Assembly: GCA_051530055.1 (NCBI GenBank)
Contig: CM121342.1
Coordinates: 5,889,489-5,953,488 of the forward strand
Source: Neoechinorhynchus agilis
Taxonomy: Eukaryota > Animalia > Acanthocephala
DNA: 64,000 nucleotides
Reading direction: 5' to 3'
The notes under the pieces were generated by a model that ran no database searches, was not told the origin of the DNA, and worked only from the letters and a program-made list of their open reading frames with translations. Shown here in pieces: positions 49,061 to 60,484 of this stretch. The position numbers and the translations under genes were made by a program. How positions within the stretch are numbered: position 1 is the first letter of the stretch; each line of letters begins with the position of its first letter.

Positions 49061-49645
49061 AACGAAGAGGTGGAAATGTAAAAAAATTCTGTATTGCGTT
49101 TGCAAAGTGTTATCGCAACTTTTATAAAAAAAAGATAATCGATAAACTGAAATTCGCGATAAAAAAACTCGAATTCGTATTACTGAACGGTTTTTCATTC
49201 ACAACGCGCTCTCAAATTTTATCAGCGCCCATTGCAATCAGTTTTTAAACGTTTAATATTAACTTTACTGTTTACGTCGGGAGATGGTTCTGATTGGATA
49301 TTCACCGTCGATGTGACATTTCGGGAAATCAAAGGCTAGAACTCTCAGATTAAATTGATTATGGATTTGGTTTATACATTTTCATTTTATTCAACGTCAA
49401 TTCACTACCTTTAATTGCCTTCAATGGTGAATATTTGCGATCTTTGAACATTGGCTGGTAAGAAAAGTGTCGCTCAAGACTTGGTAATAAAAGATTTTCT
49501 TGCTGCCAAAATGTGCAACTTTCCTTCATGCGATATTGTATTTCTCTAAATTGGGGCGTTTTTATTTCCAACAAAGACAATTTGGCTACCGAATTAAAAA
49601 TATCAGGTTAATTGTGGTAAATATGTTTCGTTTTCCGAAAGCATC

Positions 49646-49732
49646 GGCTCCGTAGCTCAGTCGGTTAGAGCGCCGTACTTATAGGCAGTGCGAGCGATGC
49701 GGATGTCGCGGGTTCGAGCCCCGCCGGAGCCA
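49646..49732 (+). tRNA. tRNA-Ile(UAU) with 13-nt intron (49684-49696)
   Basis: Acceptor stem GGCTCCG/CGGAGCC, D-arm AGCTCAGTCGGTTAGAGC, anticodon arm CCGTA-CTTATAA-TGCGG after intron removal, T-loop GGTTCGAGCCC. Confidence 0.95.
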
Positions 49733-49774
49733 AAGCTCTCGCGTTTTTTCCCTCAGATCCTGAAAACTGTTATT

Positions 49775-50100
49775 TTTTTCTAAAGAGAATTTCCCTTTTA
49801 AAATGTTTACACCTTCCATCGTCCAGACACAACTGAATCTCTTTTTCGACAAAGAATAGAATTTCCTTTCTTAAATGTTTACACCTTCCATCGTCTCGAC
49901 ACAGCTGAATCTTGCAAAGAATGGGATTTTCTTTTTAAATTTGAACGTTTTTAGCGTCCGGAAAACTGCTCTTTTTTAAATAGTAGAATATAATTTTTAA
50001 ATTTTACCCATTTCCATAGTCCAGACACAACTGAATCTCTTTTTTCTAAAGAATAGAATTTCCTTTTTATATTTTTGTCTCTTTCCATAGTCCGAGCCAG
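49775..50100. repeat. Short imperfect tandem repeats of a ~68-bp unit
   Basis: ccttccatcgtc(c/t)(a/c)gacaca(a/g)ctgaatct and relatives recur 3-4 times. Confidence 0.6.
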
Positions 50101-50182
50101 AATAGTTTTGTTCATTAACGATGTAAAGATATTGTACATAAGATAATTTTAAGATTGGTGAATTTATTAAAATTAAATTAAG

Positions 50183-50304
50183 ATTGTCAATTGAATTCGA
50201 ATTTTCGACCCTTTCGTAGGTCTTCATCAGGGCGAATAAAACACTTCAACAATATCCTGACGAAGACCCACGAAAGGGTCGAAAATTCGAATTCAATTGA
50301 CGAT
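50183..50304. repeat. ~49-bp inverted repeat with 24-nt spacer; each arm holds a hammerhead core
   Basis: Plus: CTGACGA-A-GACCC-ACGAAA-GGGTC-GAA-AATT-C (50257 onward); minus: CTGATGA-A-GACCT-ACGAAA-GGGTC-GAA-AATT-C; stem I imperfect. Confidence 0.75.
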
Positions 50305-50808
50305 TGTTTAAAACAAAATAAGCATTTAAGCGAGAGACTTAATATCCAAAACTAACGATTCATTTGAAAAATAGGCTCCACATTACGAATATTTGACTCT
50401 TTAAAGCTCGTATAATATCGACGGCTCTTTTTATTCAAATTAACAAATTTTTACAGTGGACCCTAAAAAACAAATCTACTTCAATTTTGTTTGGTTAGGA
50501 ATCTGTGTTTGTTTTCATTTAAATTGCATGGATCTCGTTTTTCCATTGAAGGAAAATGTGCAAAAATTCAACTCAGGTAAAAAAAGGACTTTAATAGATT
50601 CGCTTTTGAGCATTGCTAAAACAAATATGTTTGGCAAACTCCTTTTTTTAATGAGACTCAATTGTCTCCTTGTCACTCCATTGGTGGCATAAGTCACGGC
50701 ATGACACCACTCCGTAACAGCTTTTTTCGCCGCAATCCCTTTTATATTTATTGCTCAATTCGTGCAATCTCAAGAAAGTCGGAACTACATCTTTCTCTCA
50801 AAAAACAA

Positions 50809-51219
50809 ATGAAATCGTCGTTGTTGATCTCACTGCTCTCCATTCTGAGTGCCGCATTTTGCTATCAATGGCACGTTAGCAGCCTAACTGGACGGATTAT
50901 TGGTGAAGGAAGGATTCCGAAAAATTCAATAGTAAAGATCAGGATGGATGATGTAAGTATGGCGGATGCGAGTGCAAAAACCATAGCTAAAAGAATAATT
51001 TATAAACCAAGAAGGTTTCCAATCGATTTTGAAATGGAATACGATGATAACCGCATTGATCCAAGACGCACATACGCCTTAAGTGTAAGAATTGAACGAA
51101 TTGGAAAAGATCGGAAGCTTCTCTTTATTAATGACCAACAAACCCGCATCTTGACATTGGGAAATCCACGAAACAATATAAAAGTGCACGTTAGAAGAAC
51201 TGAGTATCAAATTAATTAA
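50809..51219 (+). CDS. Secreted YbaY/YscW-domain protein of bacterial type, intronless
   Basis: Signal peptide MKSSLLISLLSILSAAFC, then G.I..E.RIP.NS.V.I...DVS.ADA.AKTIA......FPI.F...YD...IDPR.TYALSVRI....KLLFIND, as in YbaY-family lipoproteins. Confidence 0.8.
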   Translation: MKSSLLISLLSILSAAFCYQWHVSSLTGRIIGEGRIPKNSIVKIRMDDVSMADASAKTIAKRIIYKPRRFPIDFEMEYDDNRIDPRRTYALSVRIERIGKDRKLLFINDQQTRILTLGNPRNNIKVHVRRTEYQIN

Positions 51220-51699
51220 AGTAGATTTTCGTTTGATTGACGACAATTTTACTCAATGCCATTCGACAGTGTGATCTGAAGCGTGACCATCGCCGAGATC
51301 GGTCACTTGCTGGACGCGTTTCTTTGAAGCTCGCAGACGGAGATGCGAGAGAAGCAGTTCGTCTTTTATCATCAATGGACAGTCTCGCCAAAAGATAACA
51401 AAGAAACTTTACGAATTCGTCGTTCCAAAGATCCGAGTGGCGACGGTCGGTAGTTTTTCGTTAAATCCTCCTCCTTCGATCCGATCCCTTATGTTTTATC
51501 ATCGAAATCAAAAGTGAAGATGGCAATCTACTCTTTTGCTAACGGACCAGTTAATGTTCTTGACGAGCTCCGGCCTCAAGGTTTTATTCCACACACAAAA
51601 CTGACACAACTATAACCGTACTATAACGCAGTTTATCGATCGACAAATCAGCCTTCTCCTGTTGTCGCTCTTCGGACTTCCTTATCTCGTGGTACTCCT

Positions 51700-52094
51700 C
51701 ATCGGTCACCTCTTTCTTGACCTTCTCTTCATCAAATTCGTGACCCGGCCAACATTAAGCGCCATACTTTGCTACAGGTCGGATAACTGTCTTGTAGACT
51801 TTCAACTTTAGGCCGTCTTTTATTCTGCGATCGCAAAGTACACCGGCTGTCGATCGCCATTTAGTCCAGTCAACGCTTATTCTTGATGACACTTCGTATT
51901 GTAAATCGCCTTCAACTGAGATGAATGATCCGAGGTATTTGAACCTGTCGGTGCTCCACTCCACGAAACGTCACTTTCAATGTAACGTCTTCTTCTTTAC
52001 GATTACTGCTCCATATCGCACTATTCGTTTGTTCTTTAATCTTTCGCTTCTCCTGGACTTCGATGCTTCTGCTTGAGATTTTGATTGATTCAAC
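51700..52094 (-). mobile_element. RTE-clade LINE 3' fragment
   Basis: DRFKYLGSFIS.EGD...EVSSRI...W.KWR...GVLCDRRI...LK.KVYKTVIRPV..YGA. Confidence 0.8.
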
Positions 52095-52203
52095 GTTCAG
52101 ATACCTCCCGAGGAGGCTGAACTCATCAGTGAGTTCCCTCTCTCCAACGAGATATTTCGTCCCCTTTGATTATGGGTCATCGGCGGTAACGGATTCGAAT
52201 CCT
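52095..52203 (-). mobile_element. SINE-like copy 3 with a complete permuted hammerhead
   Basis: ggattcgaatcc B-box; GGAC-GAA-ATATCTC ... CTCA-CTGATGA-GTTC ... GAGGTAT-C-TGA; head replaced by an LTR. Confidence 0.75.
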
Positions 52204-53123
52204 TGATCCAAACAAGTCAGGAATGTTTTTGTGGCTTAGCCGAATACATTTTTAAGTATATATTTGAGGTTGCTCAAATTCAGTTTATTTGGCTGATTTG
52301 GGCACACACTCAACTGATTTATTGGCCAGAAAAGCACTGGTCTGCGCTAAATACCCACAACCGTACAGTCAATCCTGCGGACCGACCAAAACAGGGGCTT
52401 TATTGCACAAAAACACACACCAAACACCACCAGGGACGCGTGCTAAATGGTAGCAAAAGCGCGGCGATGTTGCGGGGACGACGGCGCCAACAGTATCAAT
52501 TAATCAATATCACAATCTTCCCCCTTCGCTCTTAGTTTGCTAGGGATCCGACAGGACCTCCTAACTTCTAGTCCATGTTCTGTGACATATTTTGAGCCCA
52601 TCTCCGGATGTTGGACATTAATGTTGTCCTTCACCGGAACATCTCTCGAATTTAGTGCAGACGGCAAATCGTCTTCGCTGCTTTTTATGGCGGTCAGATC
52701 TTCCCCAGGAGGAGCTGGTCTTTCCTTCGAAACCAAATCTCGCCGGCCATCAGGGTGTTCGATCAGTGCAGTTTTCTCTTCTTGCCACTGACCAACACGA
52801 CTTCACTTACTCTATCGTCGAATTTGGTCCTTGCGATCATTGGAGGAGATTAGCTCACTTCTTCTTGGGAAGCTGGACATCCGTTAATGCGGTGTCTTTC
52901 CTGTGCTGGCACAGAGTAACATCCGTATTTTTCCCAGCGCTTCGTGAAGCACCTCGGACCATCTAAATAATGGAATATCTTTATCGAAAAGCACCAATTC
53001 TATCGCTTTCCAAATGACTCCATTTAGACGCTCACATTGTCCGTTACCTTGAGGGTGGTAGGCGGTTGTGTGTAATGTGATGGCGAATCGGACGACGACA
53101 GCGCGCATTTCACATGCGTCCAT
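52204..53123 (-). mobile_element. Gypsy-type integrase fragment, PPT and 3' LTR (~52204-52514)
   Basis: TTAYHPQGNGQCERLNG.IW...W..VL.EAL..IR.L...TG.TPH; PPT gaagggggaagat followed by TGTGATATTG. Confidence 0.75.
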
Positions 53124-53439
53124 TTGCTAGATTGTTAGTTCGCGGTTTTTGTTGTTGAATAAACGCCTAAATGCAGAACATTTTATTCAACAAAAAGGGG
53201 CTACCAAAAGACAATCCAGGAAGCAGACGGATCGAAATGAGCTCTACTCTCGATACAACGGTTCATAAAGTGAATGATGCTTTTAGGCTAACCACGACGG
53301 TCACTCAGCCGAAATCTTTGAGCACTGGCTCGCAACATTCGAAAATTACATACAGGATAAAAGGAAATTGGTCCGCCTTGTGTAGGTCCTAAGGTCTATG
53401 CTCAAATCAAAACATGTAGAACTTATGAAAATGTAAAGG

Positions 53440-54200
53440 AGTTTTAAAAAAAGTCATATTGCAAAGCAACTAATGTGATTGATGACCCGTCGACAAACGA
53501 ATACCGAGTCGGTGACGGATTATGTAACCGAATTAAGGCTGTTGGCGGATCAATTTCAATTCAAAGACGTTAAAGCTGGCGTAAGAGAATCACTTATCGC
53601 GGGAGTATACTCAGACAAACTTGAAGCTGCTTGAAAATTCGGACATTGCCGTAGATGAAGCGATTCAACTAGCTACTGTCATTGAGCAGGCTGAGAACGA
53701 TTGCCGTTACTACAACCAATCACAATGTAACAACATAAAGAAAGATCAACCATCGTCTGACGAATACCTAACACAGAGTTCTGATTGCCGCGCTGCCATT
53801 ACTCCTACTCCTGATTGTCGAGCTGCCAACACTCCTATCCCTCGAACGATAGTAAACGAAGGCTCCACTGCCATAAATCGACCATACGGCAAGCAAGAAT
53901 TCTATTTTTGCGGAGAAAGGCGTCATCCGAGATCAATGTGTCCGGCGAAGGATGCGAAGTGCAACATCTGCAAGAAAATAGGCCACTATGCCAAAGTTTG
54001 CAAGTCTGCGTCTAGAGTGGCCGCGATCTCATTACTGGCAATCCAAAATATACGCAAAAGTCCAAGTTCTGATTTCATCTTCTTGAACGATAAATCGAAA
54101 TTGTCAGTTTTGTTCGACACGGGCAGTTCTCAAAACTTCATTGACGATAAAATAGCGAAGAGACTACGACTCAAGGTTAGCCAGAGAGCCTCCAATGGTA
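53440..54200 (+). mobile_element. LTR retrotransposon gag (zinc knuckles) and protease fragment
   Basis: FCGERRHPRSMCPAKDAKCNICKKIGHYAKVC and VLFDTGSSQNFI. Confidence 0.8.
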
Positions 54201-54424
54201 GAATTTCTTAGGACGTCTATCACGATCGCAAACAAGAATGTGCTCAGAGCCGAACCCTATTGCCGACCGTAGCATTCTCGATACATCGCTCGGATCGCGG
54301 TGACATAGTGATCGGGACAATTCCTTTTCCTGAGCCATGCCCACACTGGATCACTAGATCCCGAGGGACCGTGCCGTACGCTTCTTCCAAATCGACAAAC
54401 ACACTACCTCTCATACAGCTGCCT

Positions 54425-55380
54425 TAGCACGAATATTGCGTCGATTGTGCCTGGGCACTTTCCCATCGTGTCTTAACGAAACCCGTGTCGTCCCCATACC
54501 CAAAAACAATAAACGGATTTCCTCCACATCCTTTCGTCCCATCTCTATCCTCTCTCCTTCCTCTAAAATCTTAGAAAAATGTTTTAAACCCCGCCTACTT
54601 CCCTTCTTCCTCAAAAACATCTCCCCTTCCCAATTCGCTTTCCGTCCCAATTACTCTTGTTCTGATGCCCTCCTCTGCTTCTACGATACCCTTGTGCGCA
54701 GCTTAGATTCCAATCCAGAATCAACCGTCCGTCTCGTGCAACTGGATATTTCCAGGGCGTTTGAGTCGGTTGATCACTCCCTTCTCCTCCAAACATGTGC
54801 TTGCTTTGGCCTCCCAACTTGACAACTCGCTTGGATTTCCTCTTTCCTCTCCAACCGCAAACAATATATTAAATGTGGAACTTCTTGCTCCTCTTCTCTG
54901 CCCATATTTAAAGGGGTCCCCAAAGGCGCCGTACTTTCCCCTCTCCTCTTTGACATTTTTCTAAATGACCTCCACCCCTCGCTCCCTCTACCAAATATTT
55001 TCTCTATGCAGATGACCTCACAGTCATTACTATCGCATCTCCCTCTCTCTCCACAACCATGGACGAGCTTATCTATCTCACTTCTTCGCTCTCCACCCTA
55101 AACCTCTCCCAAAATTTATCCAAATCTTTTGAGCTTGTCCCCCACATTATCCAACGCTCCTCTTCTCTCCGAATACTGGGCCTGATTTTACAAGAAACCC
55201 TTAGATGGGATGCCCACCTCGTCTTTACCTTCTCAAACTCCTCCAGCGTCTCGGCGTATCCCCTAAACACCTTGCCCACTTTTATCTTTCTGCCATCCTT
55301 CCTATCCTTACATACGCCCTCCCCACTTCGGCCTTCCTTTTCGCCTGTTTCTAAGCGTCTGCATTCGAGGCCGAAGCTTC
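54425..55380 (+). mobile_element. Decayed CR1/L2-like LINE RT, second subfamily
   Basis: VVPIPK..FRPISIL..SKILEK, QFAFRP, LDISRAFESVDH, GVPKGAVLSPLLF.IFLND, LYADD. Confidence 0.85.
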
Positions 55381-56230
55381 CACTTCAACCACATTCTTGC
55401 TCAATTTCCGGGTGAGCACGATTTTCATCTTTTCCCCGAGTATAGGATCCTTTAGCCTCCACCACTTGATTTTAGGCGCAATTCTCGTTGTCGGCTGTGT
55501 GGCTCTCCCTCGAATATTGAGGTCCATCTCGAGCACTCTATGTTGCGTGGTGTACTCCTCTCATAGTATTATCTCTACATTCTGAACTTCACCCCATCTC
55601 GCTATCGGATACAAAATGAAATCGATTTTGGCTTGATCTTCCACCGCTTAAGTATGTGTAAAGATGCCGTGGGTCTTTTTTGAAGTATTGGAAATGCGAA
55701 ACGCCAACACTGCTGCGTAATCCAATAGTCTAACATCCTCGGCGTTCGCTCGTATCCATCTATCGGCCCCACGTGTCCGTTGAAATCGCCGGTTATCACG
55801 CATCGACCCTCCCTAGGCCTTTTCACTTCCGATAAATCCAGCCAAAATTCCTCCTTATCCTCTTCACTACAACCGAATTGTGGGTTCGTACGTAGAAACT
55901 ATTGTTCGGGCTTCGCCGTTAACGCTTTCAGCGAAATTACCCGATCGCTTGTTCGTCAATAGATCCTTTGGTACTATGACGCCCACTCCGTTCCTACCAC
56001 TTGCTCCTCCACTACAGAACAGTTTAAATCCGTCGCCTAATTCTCTAACATTTCCTCCCTTCCATCTGATCTCCTGGACGTCCTCATCAAATCGGCCACT
56101 TCTCTGCTTCCCCTCCCCGGTCATTGAACCTACGTTCAAGGTGCCGATTCGTATTCGTTGATCCGGTAAACCTGAATAATTTTTCACAAACCCCGGCCGG
56201 CGGGTTTGCGCGTTGCATGAGGGGAATGCC
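55381..56230 (-). mobile_element. RTE-clade LINE 5' part (APE endonuclease)
   Basis: IRIGTLNVGSMTG, VQEIRWKG, GRNGVGVIV, ITGDFNGHVG, KIKWWRLKD. Confidence 0.85.
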
Positions 56231-56369
56231 CTAGCCCGATCGATCGGATGTATTAGACTTGACATTGCTGATGAAACACCACCACCCACAACATAAAATA
56301 TTTGTTCAATTGTCATGTAATCATTTTAAAAATTCTAAATCATTTCCTTTAATCTTTTAGTTTCTCGAC

Positions 56370-58926
56370 CTAATTTTCCTCGCTTCCTTTTTTGTTTTCC
56401 TTTCGCGCCGAATTCTGCGCTGATTCAGCAGTCAAATTGTTTTCTTCTTTTAATTCCTTATCTTCCTTTGATTCTAATTTCATATCGCCACCAGCAGAAC
56501 CAACTGGAGCGCCACTTTCCTTATTGGATTTATTATTTTTATCACGGCCAGCAGACTCTTGTGCAGAATATTCTTCTTTTGGCTTGTTTTTATCCTTCTT
56601 TGACTTTCTCTTCTTTTCCTCGCCAGCTGATTCGGGGGCAGAATCTCCCTCTTCCTTTGGCTTGTTTTTATCCTTCTTTGACTTTCTCTTCTTTCCCTCG
56701 CCGGAGGATTCGGGACCAGAATCTCCCTCTTCCTTCGACTTCTTTTTATCCTTCTTTGACTTTCTCTTCTTTTCCTCACCGGAGGATTCGGGGGCAGAAT
56801 CTCCCTCTTCCTTTGGCTTCTTTTTATCCTTCTTTGACTTTCTCGTCTTTTCCTCGCCAGCTGATTCGGGACCAGAATCTCCCTCTTCCTTTGGCTTCTT
56901 TTTATCCTTCTTTGACTTTCTCTTCTTTCCCTCGCCGGAGGATTCGGGAGCAGATTCTCCCTCTTCCTTTGGCTTCTTTTTATCCTTCTTTGACTTTCTC
57001 GTCTTTTCCTCGCCTGCTGATTCGGGAGCAGAATCTCCCTCTTCGTTTGGCTTCTTTTTATCCTTCTTTGACTTTCTCTTCTTTCCCTCGCCGGAGGATT
57101 CGGGAGCAGAATCTTCCTCTTCGTTTGGCTTCTTTTTATCCTTTTTTGACTTTCGCTTCTTTCCCTCGCCGGAGGATTCGGGAGCAGAATCTTCCTCTTC
57201 GTTTGGCTTCTTTTTATCCTTCTTTGACTTTCTCGTCTTTTCCTCGCCTGCTGATTCGGGAGCAGCATCTCCCTCTTCCTTCGACTTCTTTTTATCCTTC
57301 TTTGACTTTCTCGTCTTTTCCTCGCCTGCTGATTCGGGAGCAGAATCTCCCTCTTCCTTTTTCTTTTTCTTGTCCTTCTTTGACTTTCTCTTCTTGTCTT
57401 CGTCGGCAGATTCGGGAGCAGAATCTCCCTCTACCTTTGGCTTCTTTTTATCCTTCTTTGACTTTTTCTTCTTGTCTTCGTCGGCAGATTCTGGGGCAGA
57501 ATTTTCATCAATCTTTGCTTCCTTCTTTTCCTTCTTCGCTTTTCCCGTTTTGTCCGGCGGGACCGATTCGTCTTTCGCCTTGATTTTCTTTTTGTCCTTT
57601 TTCTTTCCTTTCTTTATTTTTTCGTCTCCAGACGATGCCTTATCAGAAGAACCTTTCTTTTTTCCTTTTGACTTCTTCGATTTCTTGTCTTTATCTTGGT
57701 CGGAATCAGTACTTTTAGAAGTTTGGCTTAAACTCTCATCGGCTTCGCTGGACTCAGCTTCGTCCGGTTTCGCGGTAATTTTGCCTTGAGTCCATTCGCC
57801 GGTTTCAAATGAGTAGGTAAATTTCGTTTCCGGTTCCGGGGATGGTGAATCCGGGTCCTCCGATGGTTTCGGTCTATCCGTCGAATAAATGTATTCGGTC
57901 TCGAAAATGAGATTCGTGTTTTTGATGTCATATTCTGGAATATTCGTCACAAGTTTCCATTCATCCTTTTCTTCGCTTCCACCCTTTCGCACGGTGCTGA
58001 TGTTTAAGGAATAGACACCCGGAACGGAAGCGCCCGGGCCGTCCGGACCGAACTCTCGTCCACCCATCGCATAAATGTTTTCGCCATCGCAAGCGACCAT
58101 GACATTACAAACGGCCTGAGGAAGATCCGATAAAACTTGCCATCGTTTTCCTTCAAACGGTAAAATTGAACACTTTGCTGAACCGTACGGTTTTCCCCCT
58201 CTCAGCGCGTACCCGCCGGCGACGATACATTCATTTCTGTCGGTCACTGTAACTCCGCACCAAGATTGAGACGAGGGCAAATCCGGAAGCTGGTGAAATT
58301 CGTCGGCGTAGATGTCGTAGCGAAAACAAGATTTTAGTGGAACGTTATTGAACGTCATCCCGCAGATTATAAAGATGTTTCCTCCATTGGCACCAATACC
58401 GAAATTGATGCGACCATCCGGAATGGGTTTTATGGGTACCAACTCCTTTTTGCGAACCAAATATTTCCAATCGCGTTTTGGTTTATGCCGCCGTTTCTTT
58501 ATTGGATCAAATAGATATCCACCTATTTTTCGAGGGAAAAAAATTAGATCAATCGTTTTTAATGTCAACTTACCGAGACAATAGACCGCCGATTGAGTAC
58601 TGACAAAAATCGTTTTTTTCCTAATCTCCTTTCGACGAACCAAATTATAACACTCGTTGCATTCAGCCTCGATGACAGCCGGATCTGGACGCAAAATATT
58701 GATTTCTTTTTCTCAGCAACAACAATCAATGCGTACTCACCTCTGTCATTGTCCGCCGATGCAATAAAAATCAGCGCACGAAGTTCGTTGATTGTTTCTT
58801 GTTCCTCCGGTTTTAAAATTCCTACCTAAAAAAGGATAAGTGTTTTTTTCTCCTTTTTTAGCAAATTTCTCTTACAAGCGTCTTTGGGCTCAAACGTTGA
58901 GCGAAATCTTCGGCTGCTTCAAACAT
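56370..58926 (-). CDS. Kelch-repeat protein with long K/E/S-rich repetitive C-terminus, exons 58926-58876, 58825-58741, 58684-56370
   Basis: Kelch blades (IFIICG..RYDIY.DEF..LPDLP; IVAGG..W..L.DLP; IYAMGG); 50- and 56-nt GT-AG introns keep the frame. Confidence 0.8.
56560..57500 (-). repeat. Coding minisatellite, 78 bp (26 aa), ~12 copies
   Basis: EEGDSAPESAGEEKTRKSKKDKKKPK repeated; the overlapping long plus-strand ORFs are its antisense shadows. Confidence 0.95.
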
Positions 58927-59581
58927 TTTTTTATACCTCTTCATTTGCTCCTGCATTTCGGGACTGCAGAACTTCTTTTCAAAATTCATTATGACGGTCA
59001 GCGAATGTCGTCGTCAAATGTTTAATTTTATAAGATTATATTTAAAACTCTTCATATTGCCATGGCGACGTAGGTGGATAATTCTTTATTTTTTGTATTA
59101 AAAGATTTGTTCGGCATAATTTTCGACAATGCCATAAATTCCTTTTTGCCCATGAAAGATTCACGGAGCGTAAATTTCTTTAAAAATAAGTTTAATTGTA
59201 AAAAATGCAAAAAAAAACACGAGATAACATTTGTTGATGTCGCTTACGAGGACGATTGATGGTATTTAGACCTTTGATACTCAATAATTTTATTTGAGGT
59301 TCATAATCGCTCGTTCATGCGCAATTCGGCAACACTACCAAATGAATAATAATCAATCCGTTTATTATTTAGAATTTGCCAAAAATTCATTTTAAGAAAG
59401 ATGGAGACAATGAACAAAATGGATATTTTAGAAAGAAAAATCGATCGCCTCTAGTAAACGCACAAGAATTTCTCTCGGTTCACTTAGCAAAAAAAGTCTT
59501 ACCAACTTTTATTCTCGTTCGGGTGCTTCTCAGATTCAAAGCAGCGGACTAATTGGAAAAAATTTAACAATTTAAAAGACT

Positions 59582-60484
59582 TTATAAAATTAAAAGAAAA
59601 CACAAACTAAGAATTTGTGATAAAATAGGAAACAATCTCAGAGCGCGATTCGATCGCCGTTCGAGATGAAATGGGCGAAAAAGTTCATTGTTCATTTCAC
59701 AATCCATTGAGCCAGTCGTGATGCATATCGATTTGATTGGAAATATAAGAATTGGAAAATCGTGTTTGGAAGGCTCGAAGATGCAATCGAATCCTAAAAG
59801 ATTATAGGCGTTTTTGTGTTTCTGAGTGCTGATAAAAACGCCTTCACAAATGTCATGAAGAAAAAGTAAAGAAGGATTGTACCAGTCAAATGTTTCCTTC
59901 GTTTCCTCTCTTTCAACCTGATCATTATTTTGAGTTTGACGAGAGACGATTGATTTTTTAGCTTTTGGACTTTGATCGCTGAAAAGATCGGAAACTGAAA
60001 TGACCGAATCTTCGATTGTAAGATTTGCAGAAATGTTGGTTATGTTTTTGTGATCAGTTGACTCCGTAGTGCTATTGAAACTTGGAAAAAGGTCCGAGAT
60101 GTCCAGAACTTGGTCCGCCAAATTATCAACGTTCGAATGATTTTCCAATTCAGGAATAATGTCTTCCTCAATCGAAGAATAGCCATTTATGTTCAAAACA
60201 AGTTCAGAAACATAAATTGGCTCTTCGTTTGCGATTACGGAGTCGCTTTTATTTCGTCCCGCAAAACTTCGGATCCATTCTGATGCCGCGTCCAAGTAAA
60301 CCAAAACGAGGGCTTCATCTACGGCAACTGTTTGATTTGTTAAAAATTGAACAGTTTTACCAAACGGCGTTTTAATGGTGAGATTATAAGCAGGTAAATC
60401 GGTTGATTTCGTACTATAATCGATATTCACAGAAAAACTTTTGATTGACGTTACCAAGATTGTTAAAAAGAAGACTGCGATCAT
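59582..60484 (-). CDS. Hypothetical secreted or surface protein
   Basis: 300-aa ORF with signal-like N-terminus MIAVFFLTILVTSIKS, several N-x-S/T sites, a Cys cluster and a hydrophobic C-terminus (possible GPI signal); family not recognised. Confidence 0.6.
   Translation of the reverse strand: MIAVFFLTILVTSIKSFSVNIDYSTKSTDLPAYNLTIKTPFGKTVQFLTNQTVAVDEALVLVYLDAASEWIRSFAGRNKSDSVIANEEPIYVSELVLNINGYSSIEEDIIPELENHSNVDNLADQVLDISDLFPSFNSTTESTDHKNITNISANLTIEDSVISVSDLFSDQSPKAKKSIVSRQTQNNDQVEREETKETFDWYNPSLLFLHDICEGVFISTQKHKNAYNLLGFDCIFEPSKHDFPILIFPIKSICITTGSMDCEMNNELFRPFHLERRSNRALRLFPILSQILSLCFLLIL

Noticed and set aside
50662-50808. Longer N-terminus of the YbaY-like ORF
   Set aside because: The signal peptide begins at M 50809; the upstream extension looks like open 5' UTR
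51275-51310. ctgaagc-g-tgacc...ggtca stem-loop as a hammerhead
   Set aside because: Core is CTGAAGC and no GAAA follows the stem
56392-57789. Long plus-strand ORFs of 465 and 371 aa
   Set aside because: Antisense shadows of the 78-bp coding repeat of the Kelch gene
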